From a candidate division WOR-1 bacterium RIFOXYB2_FULL_46_45 (lineage in GTDB: Bacteria; Margulisbacteria; WOR-1; XYC2-FULL-46-14), in contig MEUE01000001.1 in the NCBI GenBank assembly GCA_001771585.1, positions 92,744 through 156,743 on the forward strand: 64,000 nucleotides of DNA, in the 5' to 3' direction. Made by a program: the position numbers and the translations under genes. Of this stretch, positions 39,767 to 50,181 are shown piece after piece. The stretch's first letter is position 1. Each line of letters opens with the position of its first letter. The notes under the pieces were generated by a model. It did no database searches. It saw only the letters and a program-made list of their open reading frames with translations, and was not told where the DNA came from.

Positions 39767-41383
39767 ATGCGACGGTTGTTTTTTGTTTTAATTGCCCTTG
39801 TTTTATTTCAATCTTTTGCCGGAGCCCTGGTCTATAAAGACCGGATCGGTTTAATCCGCGTCGTTTCGGAAGAAACCATAAGCGTCTGGGACGGGACCAA
39901 GCTGTGGACGGAAAAAGACCTTAATCTTCCTTTTGCCGTCCATGATTTTACGGTCAAAAACGGGGTAATCCACGCGATTTATAAAGACAAAAACAGCTAC
40001 AATTATGTTTTTTCGTCCAACAACGGACGGTCGTTTGGCTATCCGCTAACCTTAAACCAATCCCCGTTGAAAAGGGTCTCCCCTATTTTTGTCTCCGACA
40101 ATCTTTTGCAGTTTGCCGCGATAGATAAAGAAGGGAAAAAGATCGATTGCTTTGAATCGCTAAATTCCGGAGCCTCTTTTTCAAAAACAGAAATTGATCT
40201 TGACGGGTTTAGGGGGGGAGAAGAAATCCTCGCCCTTTCCGGACAAATAATCCTGAAAACTTTTGAAAACAACCGTTCAAAAATCCATCTCTTCAAAAAG
40301 ACGGACGGGGTTTGGAAAAATTATTTGCTTTACGAGGGAAGCGATATCATTGGCGGTTTGAAATTGAAAGTTCTTGATAACGACCTCTTCCTCCTGAGTT
40401 TTAAGGCCAACGGCTTAACCCGCTTTGGGATCCTTCCGCAATTGAACCAAGTGATAGCCGAAAAGGTTGACGATTTCTTCTATGACAACAAAAAGCTTTA
40501 TTGGGTTAGCAACGAAATTCTCCATGAAACCATAATTGACCTTGGGATCGAACTGATCAAGCCGATGGCCGGACAATGGTTTAAGCCGAATTCAAGTCTG
40601 GTAATTGAAGTAAAAAACATCCTGCCGGGGACAAAGGTACTGGTGGACAATCAGTTTACCGAAGTAAAATTTTCATCAAAAGGGACCGGATTTTTATCTC
40701 TTGGCGCTTTTAATTTAAAAGAAGGGAAACATATTATCGAGGTGAGAAGTGAACCGCTGATCAGCCGAAAGAGTTATTTCCTTATTGATTCAACCCCCCC
40801 CTCCGCGATCCCCCCGCAATCCCCCACCGCCGAAAAAGACAAGGTTGCCTTAAATTATATTGAGAACGGCTCCGGAATCGATCTTCAAAGTTCGCTCATT
40901 GAAATCTCTTCCGGGACACTTGAGGTTTTCGGAACTCCGGAAGTCACCGGCAATTCAATCGCTTTTATCCCTTCCGCTCCGTTAAAATTTGGAAGCTACA
41001 AAATAAAAACAATCTTGCGGGACAAGGCCGGAAACAGCGCCGCCCCTCAGGAATTTTCCCTGCTGGTTGGCGATTCAATCTCCGCGAAAGGGGCAAAAAG
41101 CATCGGCTCGGCTGTTATAAAATCGGGACCCAACCCGTTTAACCCCGAAAGCGAGGAATGGAAATTAACCTGTACTCTTACATCTCCTCTGGAAACCAAG
41201 CTGTTTATCTTCTCTCTAACCGGAAGGAATATCTGGAGCATATCTTCCCCTTCCAAAGATACCCACACCTTAAGCTGGAACGGGAAAGACACTTCGGGAA
41301 GCCATCTTCCAAACGGGGTTTATCTCTATGCTCTCCTTGCGGGCGGTCAGGTTGAGCGGGGACGGATTATAATCTTTAGATAA
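39767..41383 (+). CDS. Secreted protein with a C-terminal FlgD-Ig-like / T9SS-type sorting domain
   Basis: Signal peptide, then a C-terminal GPNPFNP...WNGKD..G..LPNGVYLYAL..GG sequence matching the Por-secretion-tail / FlgD-Ig consensus. Confidence 0.45.
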   Translation: MRRLFFVLIALVLFQSFAGALVYKDRIGLIRVVSEETISVWDGTKLWTEKDLNLPFAVHDFTVKNGVIHAIYKDKNSYNYVFSSNNGRSFGYPLTLNQSPLKRVSPIFVSDNLLQFAAIDKEGKKIDCFESLNSGASFSKTEIDLDGFRGGEEILALSGQIILKTFENNRSKIHLFKKTDGVWKNYLLYEGSDIIGGLKLKVLDNDLFLLSFKANGLTRFGILPQLNQVIAEKVDDFFYDNKKLYWVSNEILHETIIDLGIELIKPMAGQWFKPNSSLVIEVKNILPGTKVLVDNQFTEVKFSSKGTGFLSLGAFNLKEGKHIIEVRSEPLISRKSYFLIDSTPPSAIPPQSPTAEKDKVALNYIENGSGIDLQSSLIEISSGTLEVFGTPEVTGNSIAFIPSAPLKFGSYKIKTILRDKAGNSAAPQEFSLLVGDSISAKGAKSIGSAVIKSGPNPFNPESEEWKLTCTLTSPLETKLFIFSLTGRNIWSISSPSKDTHTLSWNGKDTSGSHLPNGVYLYALLAGGQVERGRIIIFR

Positions 41384-41779
41384 AAGAAATTGGGTTTTGG
41401 GTGTAGAAGCCGGTATGGAAAGTGGAAGATAGAATCAAGAAGTTAGATTTTTTACCGACCCAACATCCACATTCAATTTTCCTGCATCCATACCGGCATC
41501 CATTCCCTACACCCATTTTCCTTCCCCTCCCTTAGTGCTTGCGGAGCTGCCATAAAAAAAGCTCCTCTGGCCGTCCCGCCTATGGCGGGACGACAAAAAG
41601 ATTTGGCTTGATCAAATCCTAATAGTGACTTTAGTTCCTAATCTTTTTGCCCCGATAAAATCGGAACCAGAGGAGCTTTTTTTATTCTTTTTCTTGGCTT
41701 GATCATACATTCCGGAAATTTGCGCGAAATTTTTCCTTTACCTCACCTACGCCTGCGCCTATGCCTTCGCCTTATTGCC
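41384..41779. other. Convergent ~400-bp non-coding region with two long inverted-repeat structures (candidate structured RNA or bidirectional terminators)
   Basis: IR1: 41401-41418 pairs with 41495-41512 (gtgtag..ccggtatgg / ccataccgg..ctacac). IR2: A-tract+gctcctctgg (41557-41573) pairs with ccagaggagc+T-tract (41668-41684), enclosing the inner hairpin gtcccgcc-tatg-gcgggac. Confidence 0.5.
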
Positions 41780-43120
41780 TCAGTAGGCGCCGGTGGTGAA
41801 TAGGACCACGGGGATCGTTCGGCCCAAAATCTTGATATCCATCCAGAGCGACCAGTTTTCAATATAATAAATATCGAGCCGCACCATATCCTCAAACGGA
41901 AGAAGCGACCGGCCGGAGACCTGCCACAAACCGGTAATTCCGGGAGTGATCCGCAGCCGCTTTCTATGCCAGGTAGAATATTTTTCGACTTCATTGGGAA
42001 GCGGGGGACGCGGACCGACCAGGCTCATCTCCCCGATAAAAACGTTGATCAACTGCGGCAGCTCATCAATGCTGAATTTCCGGATCCAGGTCCCCACCCC
42101 GGTAACCCTGGGATCGGCCTTGATCTTAAAAATATGCCCTTCAACTTCCGACCGGCTTTGCAGATCGGACAGCTGTTCGGCGGCATTTTCAACCATCGAA
42201 CGGAACTTGAGACAGTTAAAAATCTTTCCGTCTTTCCCCACCCGCTTCTGCGTGAAAAAGACCGGACCTTTTGAATCAAACTTGATCAACAGCGCGACAA
42301 TTAAAAAAAGCGGCAGAAGAAGCAGAAGCAACACAAAAGAGATTAAAACATCGAAGGTCCGCTTTATTACCGCTTTTATGCCGGTCAAGCCGATTTCGGA
42401 AATTGTGATTAATGGAATCCCCCCCACCTCGTCCACATCCACGCGGCTTACAATCAGGTCAAGCATTCCCGGAACAATCTTAAATTCAATCCCGGCAACT
42501 TCGCATTCGGTTACGATATCCAGGATCTTCTGTTCGGAAACGGCGGAAGAAGCGATAATAAGCTCATCCGCCTTGTTCAGGGCAATCGACTGCTTAATTT
42601 CTACCGGATCCGCTCCGACAAAGCCGACCGGCCGATAGCCAAGAGATGAATCCTTTAGCAGTTTTTGATGAAGCGCTTTGGCAATAGCATCTTCCCCCAG
42701 GATCAAAACCCGCTTAATCCCGATCCCCTTCCGATATAAAAAGACCCTGAAAAAATAAAAAGCCCCCCTTGATACGGAGAGCAAAAAGAAAGAGATCCAC
42801 CAGGCGTTCAAAATTAATAGGCGCGAAAACCAAAACCCGCGATATAGAAAGAGAAGACCAAAAAGCAAAAGAGAGGCAAACGTTATCCCCACAAAAACCT
42901 TGGCCAGCTCATCGATCAAATTGCGGATTTTGGTTTCCCGATAAAATCCGGCCAGATTGAAGACCGCCAGCCACAAAATGGTAACAAATATCATTACCCC
43001 CACATATTGGTCCGGGCTTCCGGCCCGTTCAGGGCCGATTGAGACCAGCAATTTAAAACGAAGATAATAAGCCAATAAAAAAGAGAGATTGATTAAGAAA
43101 GCATCGGAAATTAATCTCAT
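41780..43120 (-). CDS. Polyprenyl-phosphate sugar phosphotransferase (bacterial sugar transferase, WbaP/EpsL-like)
   Basis: N-terminal TM helices and CoA-binding-like domain, plus the C-terminal bacterial sugar transferase motif (KRTFDVLISFVLL...FKFRSM). Confidence 0.8.
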   Translation of the reverse strand: MRLISDAFLINLSFLLAYYLRFKLLVSIGPERAGSPDQYVGVMIFVTILWLAVFNLAGFYRETKIRNLIDELAKVFVGITFASLLLFGLLFLYRGFWFSRLLILNAWWISFFLLSVSRGAFYFFRVFLYRKGIGIKRVLILGEDAIAKALHQKLLKDSSLGYRPVGFVGADPVEIKQSIALNKADELIIASSAVSEQKILDIVTECEVAGIEFKIVPGMLDLIVSRVDVDEVGGIPLITISEIGLTGIKAVIKRTFDVLISFVLLLLLLPLFLIVALLIKFDSKGPVFFTQKRVGKDGKIFNCLKFRSMVENAAEQLSDLQSRSEVEGHIFKIKADPRVTGVGTWIRKFSIDELPQLINVFIGEMSLVGPRPPLPNEVEKYSTWHRKRLRITPGITGLWQVSGRSLLPFEDMVRLDIYYIENWSLWMDIKILGRTIPVVLFTTGAY

Positions 43121-45429
43121 TTGCCCAAAACCTTTTTGGCGTATTGGTTATTTGGATCAAGATAGATGACCGTTTCAAACTCCTGGCGGGCTTTTTCCCT
43201 CTCCCCCATCCTCTGATAAATAATCCCCAAAACGGCATGAGAATTTACATGCTTAGGGAATTTCATCAGGGTCTCCTGCACCATTTTGTAGGCCTCGTCC
43301 AATTTCCCGCTCTCTATAAGCGACCAGACCACCTTTTCCTGGGCTTCGATTATATTCGGATTGATCCGGTAGGCTTCCTTATAACAGTCCATCGCCTTCT
43401 TGGCATTCCCCTGCTTTTCCGCCACCGCCGCCAAAATCAGATAAACCTCGGCATAATAGGGATCGATTTTTAGCGCTATATCCGCCAGCTTGGTCGTTTC
43501 CGGAATATTCCCTTCGATTAAAGATATTCTCGACAGAATATAAAAATTATCCGCGTTGTACGGATCAACCCTGGTCCCGTATCTAAAGGTCTCTTTCGCC
43601 TGCCGGTAAATTTCTGCTCTCTGATCCGGAGCAGCGGAAGCTGCCATATTGATTAAGCTGATCCCTTTGTGCGTTATCGGCCCCCCTTCAAACGGCTGGA
43701 AACCCAAAGAGTTGTCATAGTATTTCAAGGATTCTTGAAAGCGTTTTACTTCGCTTAGGGTCTTCCCCATCTTAAACTCGCGGTCGGCCCAAAAGGGCTT
43801 GGCGGAAAAATAGCCAAAAACGGCGATCGCAACCAAGAGCACGGCGATCCAAAGCCACGGGATTTCATCAATCGGAACTTCCTTGTCATTGATCGTCTCC
43901 TTGTTCTCTTCCGGCAGGTCGTCGGTTTTGACAATCACCGCCCAGATGATCCAAAAAAGAGAAGTTATGGCAATGACACCGAAACTAAACTGGTTTTGGA
44001 TCAAATAAGCCAGGAAGGCCGCCAGAAAAGCGGAAAGGATCAACCTCTTTTCATCGCTTTGCCCGCCCCATCCTTTCTTGAAGATAAGAAAGAGAATAAG
44101 AAGATAAACAAAAAAAGTGACCAGCCCCTTGGTCACCGGAACATCCAGCGTCTCATTGTGGCAGCGGTCCTGTTTTACGTGAAAGGCCTCTTTGAAACGA
44201 AAAAGATCGGTCTCATAACGCGGAAAGATCATTTTCAGATTTTCGGGTCCGATCCCAAAGAAAGGACGATCGGCAATGATCCCAAAGCCGCTCTTCCACG
44301 TCTCTCCGCGAGATCCGGCCGCCCCCTCGAATTCAATCTTAGTCAAATCTTTATCTTGCGCCGGCGCCTCTACTTTTATCTCCCCCGCCATCCTGGTAAA
44401 GAGCGAAAACTGCGGATTTAAAAAAGTTGATCCGGTAATAAACAGAAGAGCCAGAGCCAGGGCAAGGACTTTCTGCCAGCTCAAAACAAAGATCCTTCTC
44501 GGCCCGATAAAGACAAAAAGAGACAAAGCGGCGAAGAAACCCAGGAAACCGCCGCGGCTCTGGGTGTAAAAAAGAGAGATACAAATTAAGATCATCCCGA
44601 TCCCAAGCAAAAGATCCAAAATAATCCCGGGGATATCTTCAAACGTATAAACGAACAGAACCGCCAAAACCGACATCAATCCGAAAGAGAGATACCATAA
44701 AATCACATCATTGGTCCCAAGATTATAGATCATCAGCAAGAAAATCAGAACCGCGGAAAAGAAGTAAACCAGAGGAAGGAACCACCATACTGAAGTATGG
44801 GGAATTCCCCACACTTTAGTGTGGGGTTTTGCGACATCTTCTTTCTTTGGCAACAGAAACAAAAAGAGGGTTATAAAAAAAGCCATGTCGGCAAAGGCGG
44901 CGTAGAAATTGGGCTGGCCGACGGTGGCGATAACCCGCTCCCAGGTCGAGACCCCTCCCCACTGGTACGGATCAATCCCCTGCCGCTGGATGATCGAATA
45001 AACCGCCATAATCACCCCGGAAATAAAGACCATGGCCGATAATCTTTTTACTCCTTTTATATCGCGGATATAATTGGTAGTGATAAAAAAGAGGAGTCCC
45101 AGATTATACCAGGTGATCAATCCTTCAAAGCGGCCGTAGAAACCGGAAACACTGATGTAAACATGGACCGACATGATGGCGGCAACGGTCACGCAAAGAA
45201 GATAAGTTAAGACCGGCCAATCGAGAATCGAACGGACAAATTTATTTTCCTTAAAGATTATAATTTTCAACACCCAGGCGGAAAGGATTATGACGGTCAT
45301 AAGCCGAAGGGCGGTAACTTTGGTTAGAGAAAAAACGATCCCAACCCTGCGGTCAAAGATGACCGCGGTCAAAAATACCGCCGCCAGAAAGAGCGCTTCG
45401 ATTATCAGGTTAAAGTGCTTGTATTTCAT
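43117..45429 (-). CDS. O-antigen ligase/polymerase (Wzy_C)-like membrane protein with C-terminal TPR repeats
   Basis: More than 10 TM segments and a C-terminal run of TPR-like helices (AEVYLILAAVAEKQGNAKKA...). Confidence 0.55.
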   Translation of the reverse strand: MKYKHFNLIIEALFLAAVFLTAVIFDRRVGIVFSLTKVTALRLMTVIILSAWVLKIIIFKENKFVRSILDWPVLTYLLCVTVAAIMSVHVYISVSGFYGRFEGLITWYNLGLLFFITTNYIRDIKGVKRLSAMVFISGVIMAVYSIIQRQGIDPYQWGGVSTWERVIATVGQPNFYAAFADMAFFITLFLFLLPKKEDVAKPHTKVWGIPHTSVWWFLPLVYFFSAVLIFLLMIYNLGTNDVILWYLSFGLMSVLAVLFVYTFEDIPGIILDLLLGIGMILICISLFYTQSRGGFLGFFAALSLFVFIGPRRIFVLSWQKVLALALALLFITGSTFLNPQFSLFTRMAGEIKVEAPAQDKDLTKIEFEGAAGSRGETWKSGFGIIADRPFFGIGPENLKMIFPRYETDLFRFKEAFHVKQDRCHNETLDVPVTKGLVTFFVYLLILFLIFKKGWGGQSDEKRLILSAFLAAFLAYLIQNQFSFGVIAITSLFWIIWAVIVKTDDLPEENKETINDKEVPIDEIPWLWIAVLLVAIAVFGYFSAKPFWADREFKMGKTLSEVKRFQESLKYYDNSLGFQPFEGGPITHKGISLINMAASAAPDQRAEIYRQAKETFRYGTRVDPYNADNFYILSRISLIEGNIPETTKLADIALKIDPYYAEVYLILAAVAEKQGNAKKAMDCYKEAYRINPNIIEAQEKVVWSLIESGKLDEAYKMVQETLMKFPKHVNSHAVLGIIYQRMGEREKARQEFETVIYLDPNNQYAKKVLGK
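44799..44826. repeat. GC-clamped palindromic element embedded in-frame in a CDS
   Basis: ggggaattccccacactttagtgtgggg is related to the 38031-38057 element. It encodes KPHTKVWGIPHTS. Confidence 0.75.
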
Positions 45430-46498
45430 GTAAAAAGTTAATCAACTTATCGCAAAAAGCCAGCCGGTCGAATTTTTCGGCGTGCTTCCTTATTTTATGC
45501 TTATCAAAAGAAACTTTCTCAAAATTCCGGACCGCTTCGATCAGCGACTCCGGCGACTGCCGATCAAAAAACAGACCGGTTTCACCATCAATTATGGTCT
45601 CTTCCGCCCCTCCGGCGCGAAAAGCGATGGTCGGCCTCCCCGATGCCGCGGCCTCCAGCGGCACCATTCCAAAATCGGCCTCTTCGGTAAAAATAAGCCC
45701 CCGGCAGTTTGAATAAAGGTCCCTTAGTGTATTATCGTCTACCTTGCCGAGAAAATCAATGTTTTGGCCTTTTTTTCTCTTTAATTCCTTTTCGGCAGGG
45801 CCAACTCCGACAATTTTCAGCGGCAATCCGAGCTTTGAAAAAGCGGCAACCGCGACATCGATCCTTTTATAATAATTCAGACGGGAAACCACAAGAAAAT
45901 AATCTTCGTCGCTTTGGGAAAGAGAAAACTTATCGCATTCGATCGGCGGATTGATCACAACCGAATCCCTGCCGTAATATTTTTTGATCCTTTGGGCGAC
46001 CGTCCGGGAATTGGCGATAAAATAATCTACTCCGGCATTGTTTTTGAGGTCCCACTTCTTTAGTTTTGAGATAAACCATGGAAGCATAACTCTTGCAATC
46101 GGATTGAGCGTCTCTTTTTCAACATAATCGTCAAAATTCCAGACAAAGCGCATCGGGTTATGGCAATAGCAAACGTGGATGGCCTCTTTTCTTTTTTTTA
46201 TCCCCTTGGCATATGCCGAACTGGAAGAGACAATGAGGTCATATTCGCCAAGATCAAAAGACTCAAACGCCTTCGGATAGAGCCAAAAGTAGGCGCGGAA
46301 ATTTTGCAGGACAAACGGCAGGTACTGCATGAAAGAAACTTTGATTTTCATCTCTTCAAATTCACGCGGCAGGCTGCGCTGGTCATAGATTGAGGTATAA
46401 AGCGGCGCTTCGGGAAATATCTTATGCAGAACGGCCGCCACCCGCTCCGCCCCACCAAACTGGTTTAGATAATCATGAACAAGCGCGATTTTTTTCAT
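45410..46498 (-). CDS. GT4-family (GT-B) glycosyltransferase
   Basis: Starts MKKIALVHDYL..FGGAERV and has a C-terminal EX7E-like region. Confidence 0.75.
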   Translation of the reverse strand: MKKIALVHDYLNQFGGAERVAAVLHKIFPEAPLYTSIYDQRSLPREFEEMKIKVSFMQYLPFVLQNFRAYFWLYPKAFESFDLGEYDLIVSSSSAYAKGIKKRKEAIHVCYCHNPMRFVWNFDDYVEKETLNPIARVMLPWFISKLKKWDLKNNAGVDYFIANSRTVAQRIKKYYGRDSVVINPPIECDKFSLSQSDEDYFLVVSRLNYYKRIDVAVAAFSKLGLPLKIVGVGPAEKELKRKKGQNIDFLGKVDDNTLRDLYSNCRGLIFTEEADFGMVPLEAAASGRPTIAFRAGGAEETIIDGETGLFFDRQSPESLIEAVRNFEKVSFDKHKIRKHAEKFDRLAFCDKLINFLHEIQAL

Positions 46499-46617
46499 TT
46501 TTTTAAAATTTAGTGAAATTTTTTAAACATCCTATCGATAATATATTATAGGGGAGATGGGAAGATAGAACAAGAGCATTTAAAGACTATAGAATACAAA
46601 AAGGGAGGACATAAAAA

Positions 46618-47778
46618 ATGGCTGGTATACAAAAAGTTTCTGTAAATGGTTCCATAGGTAGGGGAAATGATGGAAGAATACATTATTCAGAAGTTAAGTT
46701 TACAACCACCGCCGGATTAAAAATTTCAGGCAAGATACAAAGTGATTTGTTAACTAAATCTAATATTGGAATTGAGATGGGCATATTACGATTTGGTAGA
46801 AGAAATGTAAAAATTCAGGATTCATTCCTTATCGGTTCTGGCTTGGGTTGCCAAATAATGATTGATAATCCAAAAATAGAAGAACAACATCTACAAATCA
46901 CAAGAATTACAGGCAACAAATTTTTTATAACTGGCCTTTCCGCTCAGGAAAATGAGGTTTTTATAAGAAGACCAGAACAAAATCGAGAGGATGATTTAGT
47001 AAGGAAAATCTGTTTAAGTGCCGAGGACGAGGTTGAATTGTTTGACAATGACATATTATGTTTTAAAGTGTTAACCCGGCGTAAGGAGGATTATCTCGAA
47101 CTACAGTTTAAATCCACTGAGGATAGAACCGCTAAATTAGAAGAAGCTCTAGATACCCAACACCCTCGCCCGGAAATTGAAGCTGTTCCAGTTAGCGCAC
47201 TAGTAAAAAGATTAAACGCCCAAATGCAGGTACCGGCAGTAAAAGACATCGGTTTAGTGGCCGAAGGCGCCCAATCAACTAGAGATTTAGTTCAAATGCA
47301 TCAAAAGGCTATGAAGGGTGCCATAGTAAAATCAAATTTATACAGCACAGGTGGGAAAATTGTAGAATCCATGTGTGGGGCTAGTGCTGCTGTTGGTCTT
47401 TTTGATTCCCTTTTCTTGAAAGGAAGTATGGCTAATTATATCGCTCATTTATTGGGCACAGGAACTAATCCATTTTTTATTTCATTTATATTTTTTCTCT
47501 TCTTTAGTGGCGCTATAATAAAAATATTCTCTAGCAGAAAAGATAAAGGAATTGATGAGGCAAATTCTAGGCTTGCTAGTGTATTGGAAAGATTAACTCC
47601 TCAAAAAATCGTCGATACTATCAAATATTTAGAGGCAAAGGACAGAGAAGCTGTTCTGAAAAATATAAAAAAAGCAAATCGGGATAAGGCAATGGAAGTA
47701 AATCAATTACTAAAAGGTCCTTCACAAAGAAACCTTCGCGAGGGAAATGAATCAGATCCTAAATTGCTAAAAGAATAA
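46618..47778 (+). CDS. FHA-domain-like membrane-anchored protein in an AT-rich island
   Basis: The central region GRRNVKIQDSFLIGSGLGCQIMID...HLQI...GNKFFITGLS resembles an FHA fold. There is a C-terminal TM segment, and GC content is visibly lower than in flanking genes. Confidence 0.4.
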   Translation: MAGIQKVSVNGSIGRGNDGRIHYSEVKFTTTAGLKISGKIQSDLLTKSNIGIEMGILRFGRRNVKIQDSFLIGSGLGCQIMIDNPKIEEQHLQITRITGNKFFITGLSAQENEVFIRRPEQNREDDLVRKICLSAEDEVELFDNDILCFKVLTRRKEDYLELQFKSTEDRTAKLEEALDTQHPRPEIEAVPVSALVKRLNAQMQVPAVKDIGLVAEGAQSTRDLVQMHQKAMKGAIVKSNLYSTGGKIVESMCGASAAVGLFDSLFLKGSMANYIAHLLGTGTNPFFISFIFFLFFSGAIIKIFSSRKDKGIDEANSRLASVLERLTPQKIVDTIKYLEAKDREAVLKNIKKANRDKAMEVNQLLKGPSQRNLREGNESDPKLLKE

Positions 47779-47797
47779 AATCTAAATTAAAATAAAG

Positions 47798-48646
47798 TTA
47801 AATGAGTTTTGAGATGTACTTTTTTTCATCAATATAGGCCTTCAAAGCGTCTTTCCAAATTCTTAACCCAAATCGGCTGGCAAGAACCGAATACTTGGGG
47901 CGGTAAGCCTTGGTCGGATAGTCGGCGCCGGTCGCTTTTTGAAGATCGGCCTTTATCCCGGTCAATTCAAATATTTTGGCGGCAAATTGATACCACGAAC
48001 ACGAGCCGCTATTGGCAATATGATGGATCCCATAGCGATTAGTTTGGATCAATTTATAAAGCGCCTGTGCCAGATCATATGTATAAGTCGGAGAGACAAA
48101 TTCGTCGTCGACCACCCGGATCACGCCTCCCTGCTTGGCCTTCTTTATCATCCCTTCCACAAAATTTGTGCCGCCTTTACCCATACACCCCGCCACTCCG
48201 TAAAGCCCGCAAGTCCTGACGATAAAATATTTTTGTAAAATGTAGCGCGCGAAAAACTCTCCCGCCAGTTTTGAAATTCCGTAGGCGCTCTTCGGTTCCG
48301 GAACATCCTTCTCCGAATAAGGTTTTTTTCTGTCGCCGGAAAAGACATAGTCGGTTGAAATGCTAACTAAAGCCGCACCAACTTCTTTGGCCGCAAGGGC
48401 CAGATTTCTAACCCCATAGGCATTAACTTTCAGAGCCAGTAGAATATTATCCTCGCAATCATCCACCCTATGATACGCGGCGGTGTTGATGACAACTTCC
48501 GGAGAATGTTGCTTTAAAACCGCGGTGGTCATTTGGGGATCGGTGATATCAATCTCTTTTATCGTCAGCGGGATCTGATCTTCTTTTGGGATAACTTTAC
48601 ACAAGTCACATCCCAGCTGTCCGTCCGCGCCGATAATCATTATCTT
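47798..48646 (-). CDS. rfbD: dTDP-4-dehydrorhamnose reductase
   Basis: MKIMIIGADGQLG Rossmann motif and YxxxK. The start was trimmed to the internal Met. Confidence 0.8.
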   Translation of the reverse strand, partial: KIMIIGADGQLGCDLCKVIPKEDQIPLTIKEIDITDPQMTTAVLKQHSPEVVINTAAYHRVDDCEDNILLALKVNAYGVRNLALAAKEVGAALVSISTDYVFSGDRKKPYSEKDVPEPKSAYGISKLAGEFFARYILQKYFIVRTCGLYGVAGCMGKGGTNFVEGMIKKAKQGGVIRVVDDEFVSPTYTYDLAQALYKLIQTNRYGIHHIANSGSCSWYQFAAKIFELTGIKADLQKATGADYPTKAYRPKYSVLASRFGLRIWKDALKAYIDEKKYISKLI

Positions 48647-48653
48647 CATATTG

Positions 48654-49241
48654 CTACCATCCTTTAAACGCGTATGAAACCAGTTTAACATATTCCAGCA
48701 CCACTTCCTCACTGTCTTCGTTCCTGGTCCACCATCTGTGCAAATTAAACTTGCTGTTTTTGGCCGGATAGATCGCAACCTGGATCCCGGATTTATTAAA
48801 GACCTTCTTAAATACCCCTTTAACCCGCCGAGTGTGGGTTGGTGATGTTACAATCAGTACCGATTTTACCCCCAGTTTTTGTAAAATCGGCAGAGAGAGC
48901 GTGGCATTTTCATAGGTCGACTGGGATCGATCTTCAATTATAATCGCCGATAACGGAACGCCCAGCGCGTTGGCATGTTTGCGCATTAAATCGGCCAAGG
49001 TTACTTTCCAATAAACATACCCGCCGCTGACCATAAAATATTTTCCCAGCCCCTGCCGGTATAATTCCGCCCCCTGCCTGATCCGCTCTCCGTTTGAATC
49101 GCCTGAGACAACAACAATCGCATCCGCTTTTTTGAGCGGATCGGCAACAATTAAAAACCTGGCCGCGGATTCGAGGATAAAAGGATAGGAAAGGTAGACC
49201 ACAAGCAAAAACACTGCTAAAATCGTCAGTATGCGTCTCAT
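48654..49241 (-). CDS. DUF218/YdcF-SanA-family protein
   Basis: N-terminal TM segment and a DUF218-like core (VVSGDSNGERI...). Confidence 0.55.
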   Translation of the reverse strand: MRRILTILAVFLLVVYLSYPFILESAARFLIVADPLKKADAIVVVSGDSNGERIRQGAELYRQGLGKYFMVSGGYVYWKVTLADLMRKHANALGVPLSAIIIEDRSQSTYENATLSLPILQKLGVKSVLIVTSPTHTRRVKGVFKKVFNKSGIQVAIYPAKNSKFNLHRWWTRNEDSEEVVLEYVKLVSYAFKGW

Positions 49242-50181
49242 AAAATTAATTAATTATAGCATTTTCGCCCTGTTTTTGTTTTGCGCTATTTCCGCGGCGA
49301 ATGACGGCATCGAAAAATGGCAGATCCAGCAAAATCTCCTGGTCAGCCCCCCGCTTTATCTTGAAGCCGCCGACAATGACACCATTGAAATAAAATTCAA
49401 GTCGCCCTTAAACCAAACGGTTAGAATCCTCTGGGTCGGGACTTTTGACAACAACTTGATCCCTCAAAAACAGGTTGAGTTTGAAGCGAAAGAAAAAAAA
49501 GCTTATGTTATAAACTTAAAGCACCGCAATCCGCTCTGGGACGGGACCATCAGCCGGATTATTTTAACCCCGGTCCTGCCGATTGATTCCATAAAAATAA
49601 AAAAGGGAACCTTGGGCGACAATCTCTCCTCCGGAATCTTTGAATTTTTTGGCCCGAAAGGAAGGGCCGTTGTCGGCAGTACTATCAACAATATTCCAGC
49701 GAGTTCGTTTTGTGGACGTTCGGTCAACCACTATGCTTATTGGATTATTTTTATTGCCGCAATCGCACTCACCCTCTTATCCCTCTCTCGGAGAGAGAGG
49801 GAGGCAGGAACTAAAATTGTTTGGACAGTCATTGTCCTTTGGATACTGCTCGAAACAAACGCATGGTACAACCAAATAAACATATTGAAAAGCGACTGGC
49901 CGTTGTGGGGAAAAACCTTGGATGAAAAGCGAGCGGAAGTTACCGGCGCGGACTTTTATAATTTCTTAAAATTCTGCGACCAAAAGCTTCCGCCCGGATC
50001 CAAAATACAATTTGAAACCTCTGCCGGCTATTTCCATTCCAAAGCCACCTATTACCTTTATCCGCACCGGATGGTCACCAAAGAAGCCGATTATTGCCTG
50101 GTTTACCGGGAACCGGCAAAGGCGAAAGGAACAATTTTCGCGAAGTATAAAGAAGGAGAATATATCTTAAAATGCAAATGA
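49231..50181 (+). CDS. Membrane-anchored hypothetical protein (module A1); paralog of 58750-59745
   Basis: Shared blocks with its paralog: IAAIALTLLSLS, DFYNFLKFC and YYLYP. Confidence 0.4.
   Translation: MRLIKLINYSIFALFLFCAISAANDGIEKWQIQQNLLVSPPLYLEAADNDTIEIKFKSPLNQTVRILWVGTFDNNLIPQKQVEFEAKEKKAYVINLKHRNPLWDGTISRIILTPVLPIDSIKIKKGTLGDNLSSGIFEFFGPKGRAVVGSTINNIPASSFCGRSVNHYAYWIIFIAAIALTLLSLSRREREAGTKIVWTVIVLWILLETNAWYNQINILKSDWPLWGKTLDEKRAEVTGADFYNFLKFCDQKLPPGSKIQFETSAGYFHSKATYYLYPHRMVTKEADYCLVYREPAKAKGTIFAKYKEGEYILKCK

Noticed and set aside
41946-42638. 230-aa plus-strand ORF and the minus-strand ORF 41743-41994 ending RRRHRRRRR
   Set aside because: They overlap the sugar-transferase gene or its 3' flank. 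The basic tail is translation of the non-coding GC-rich spacer.
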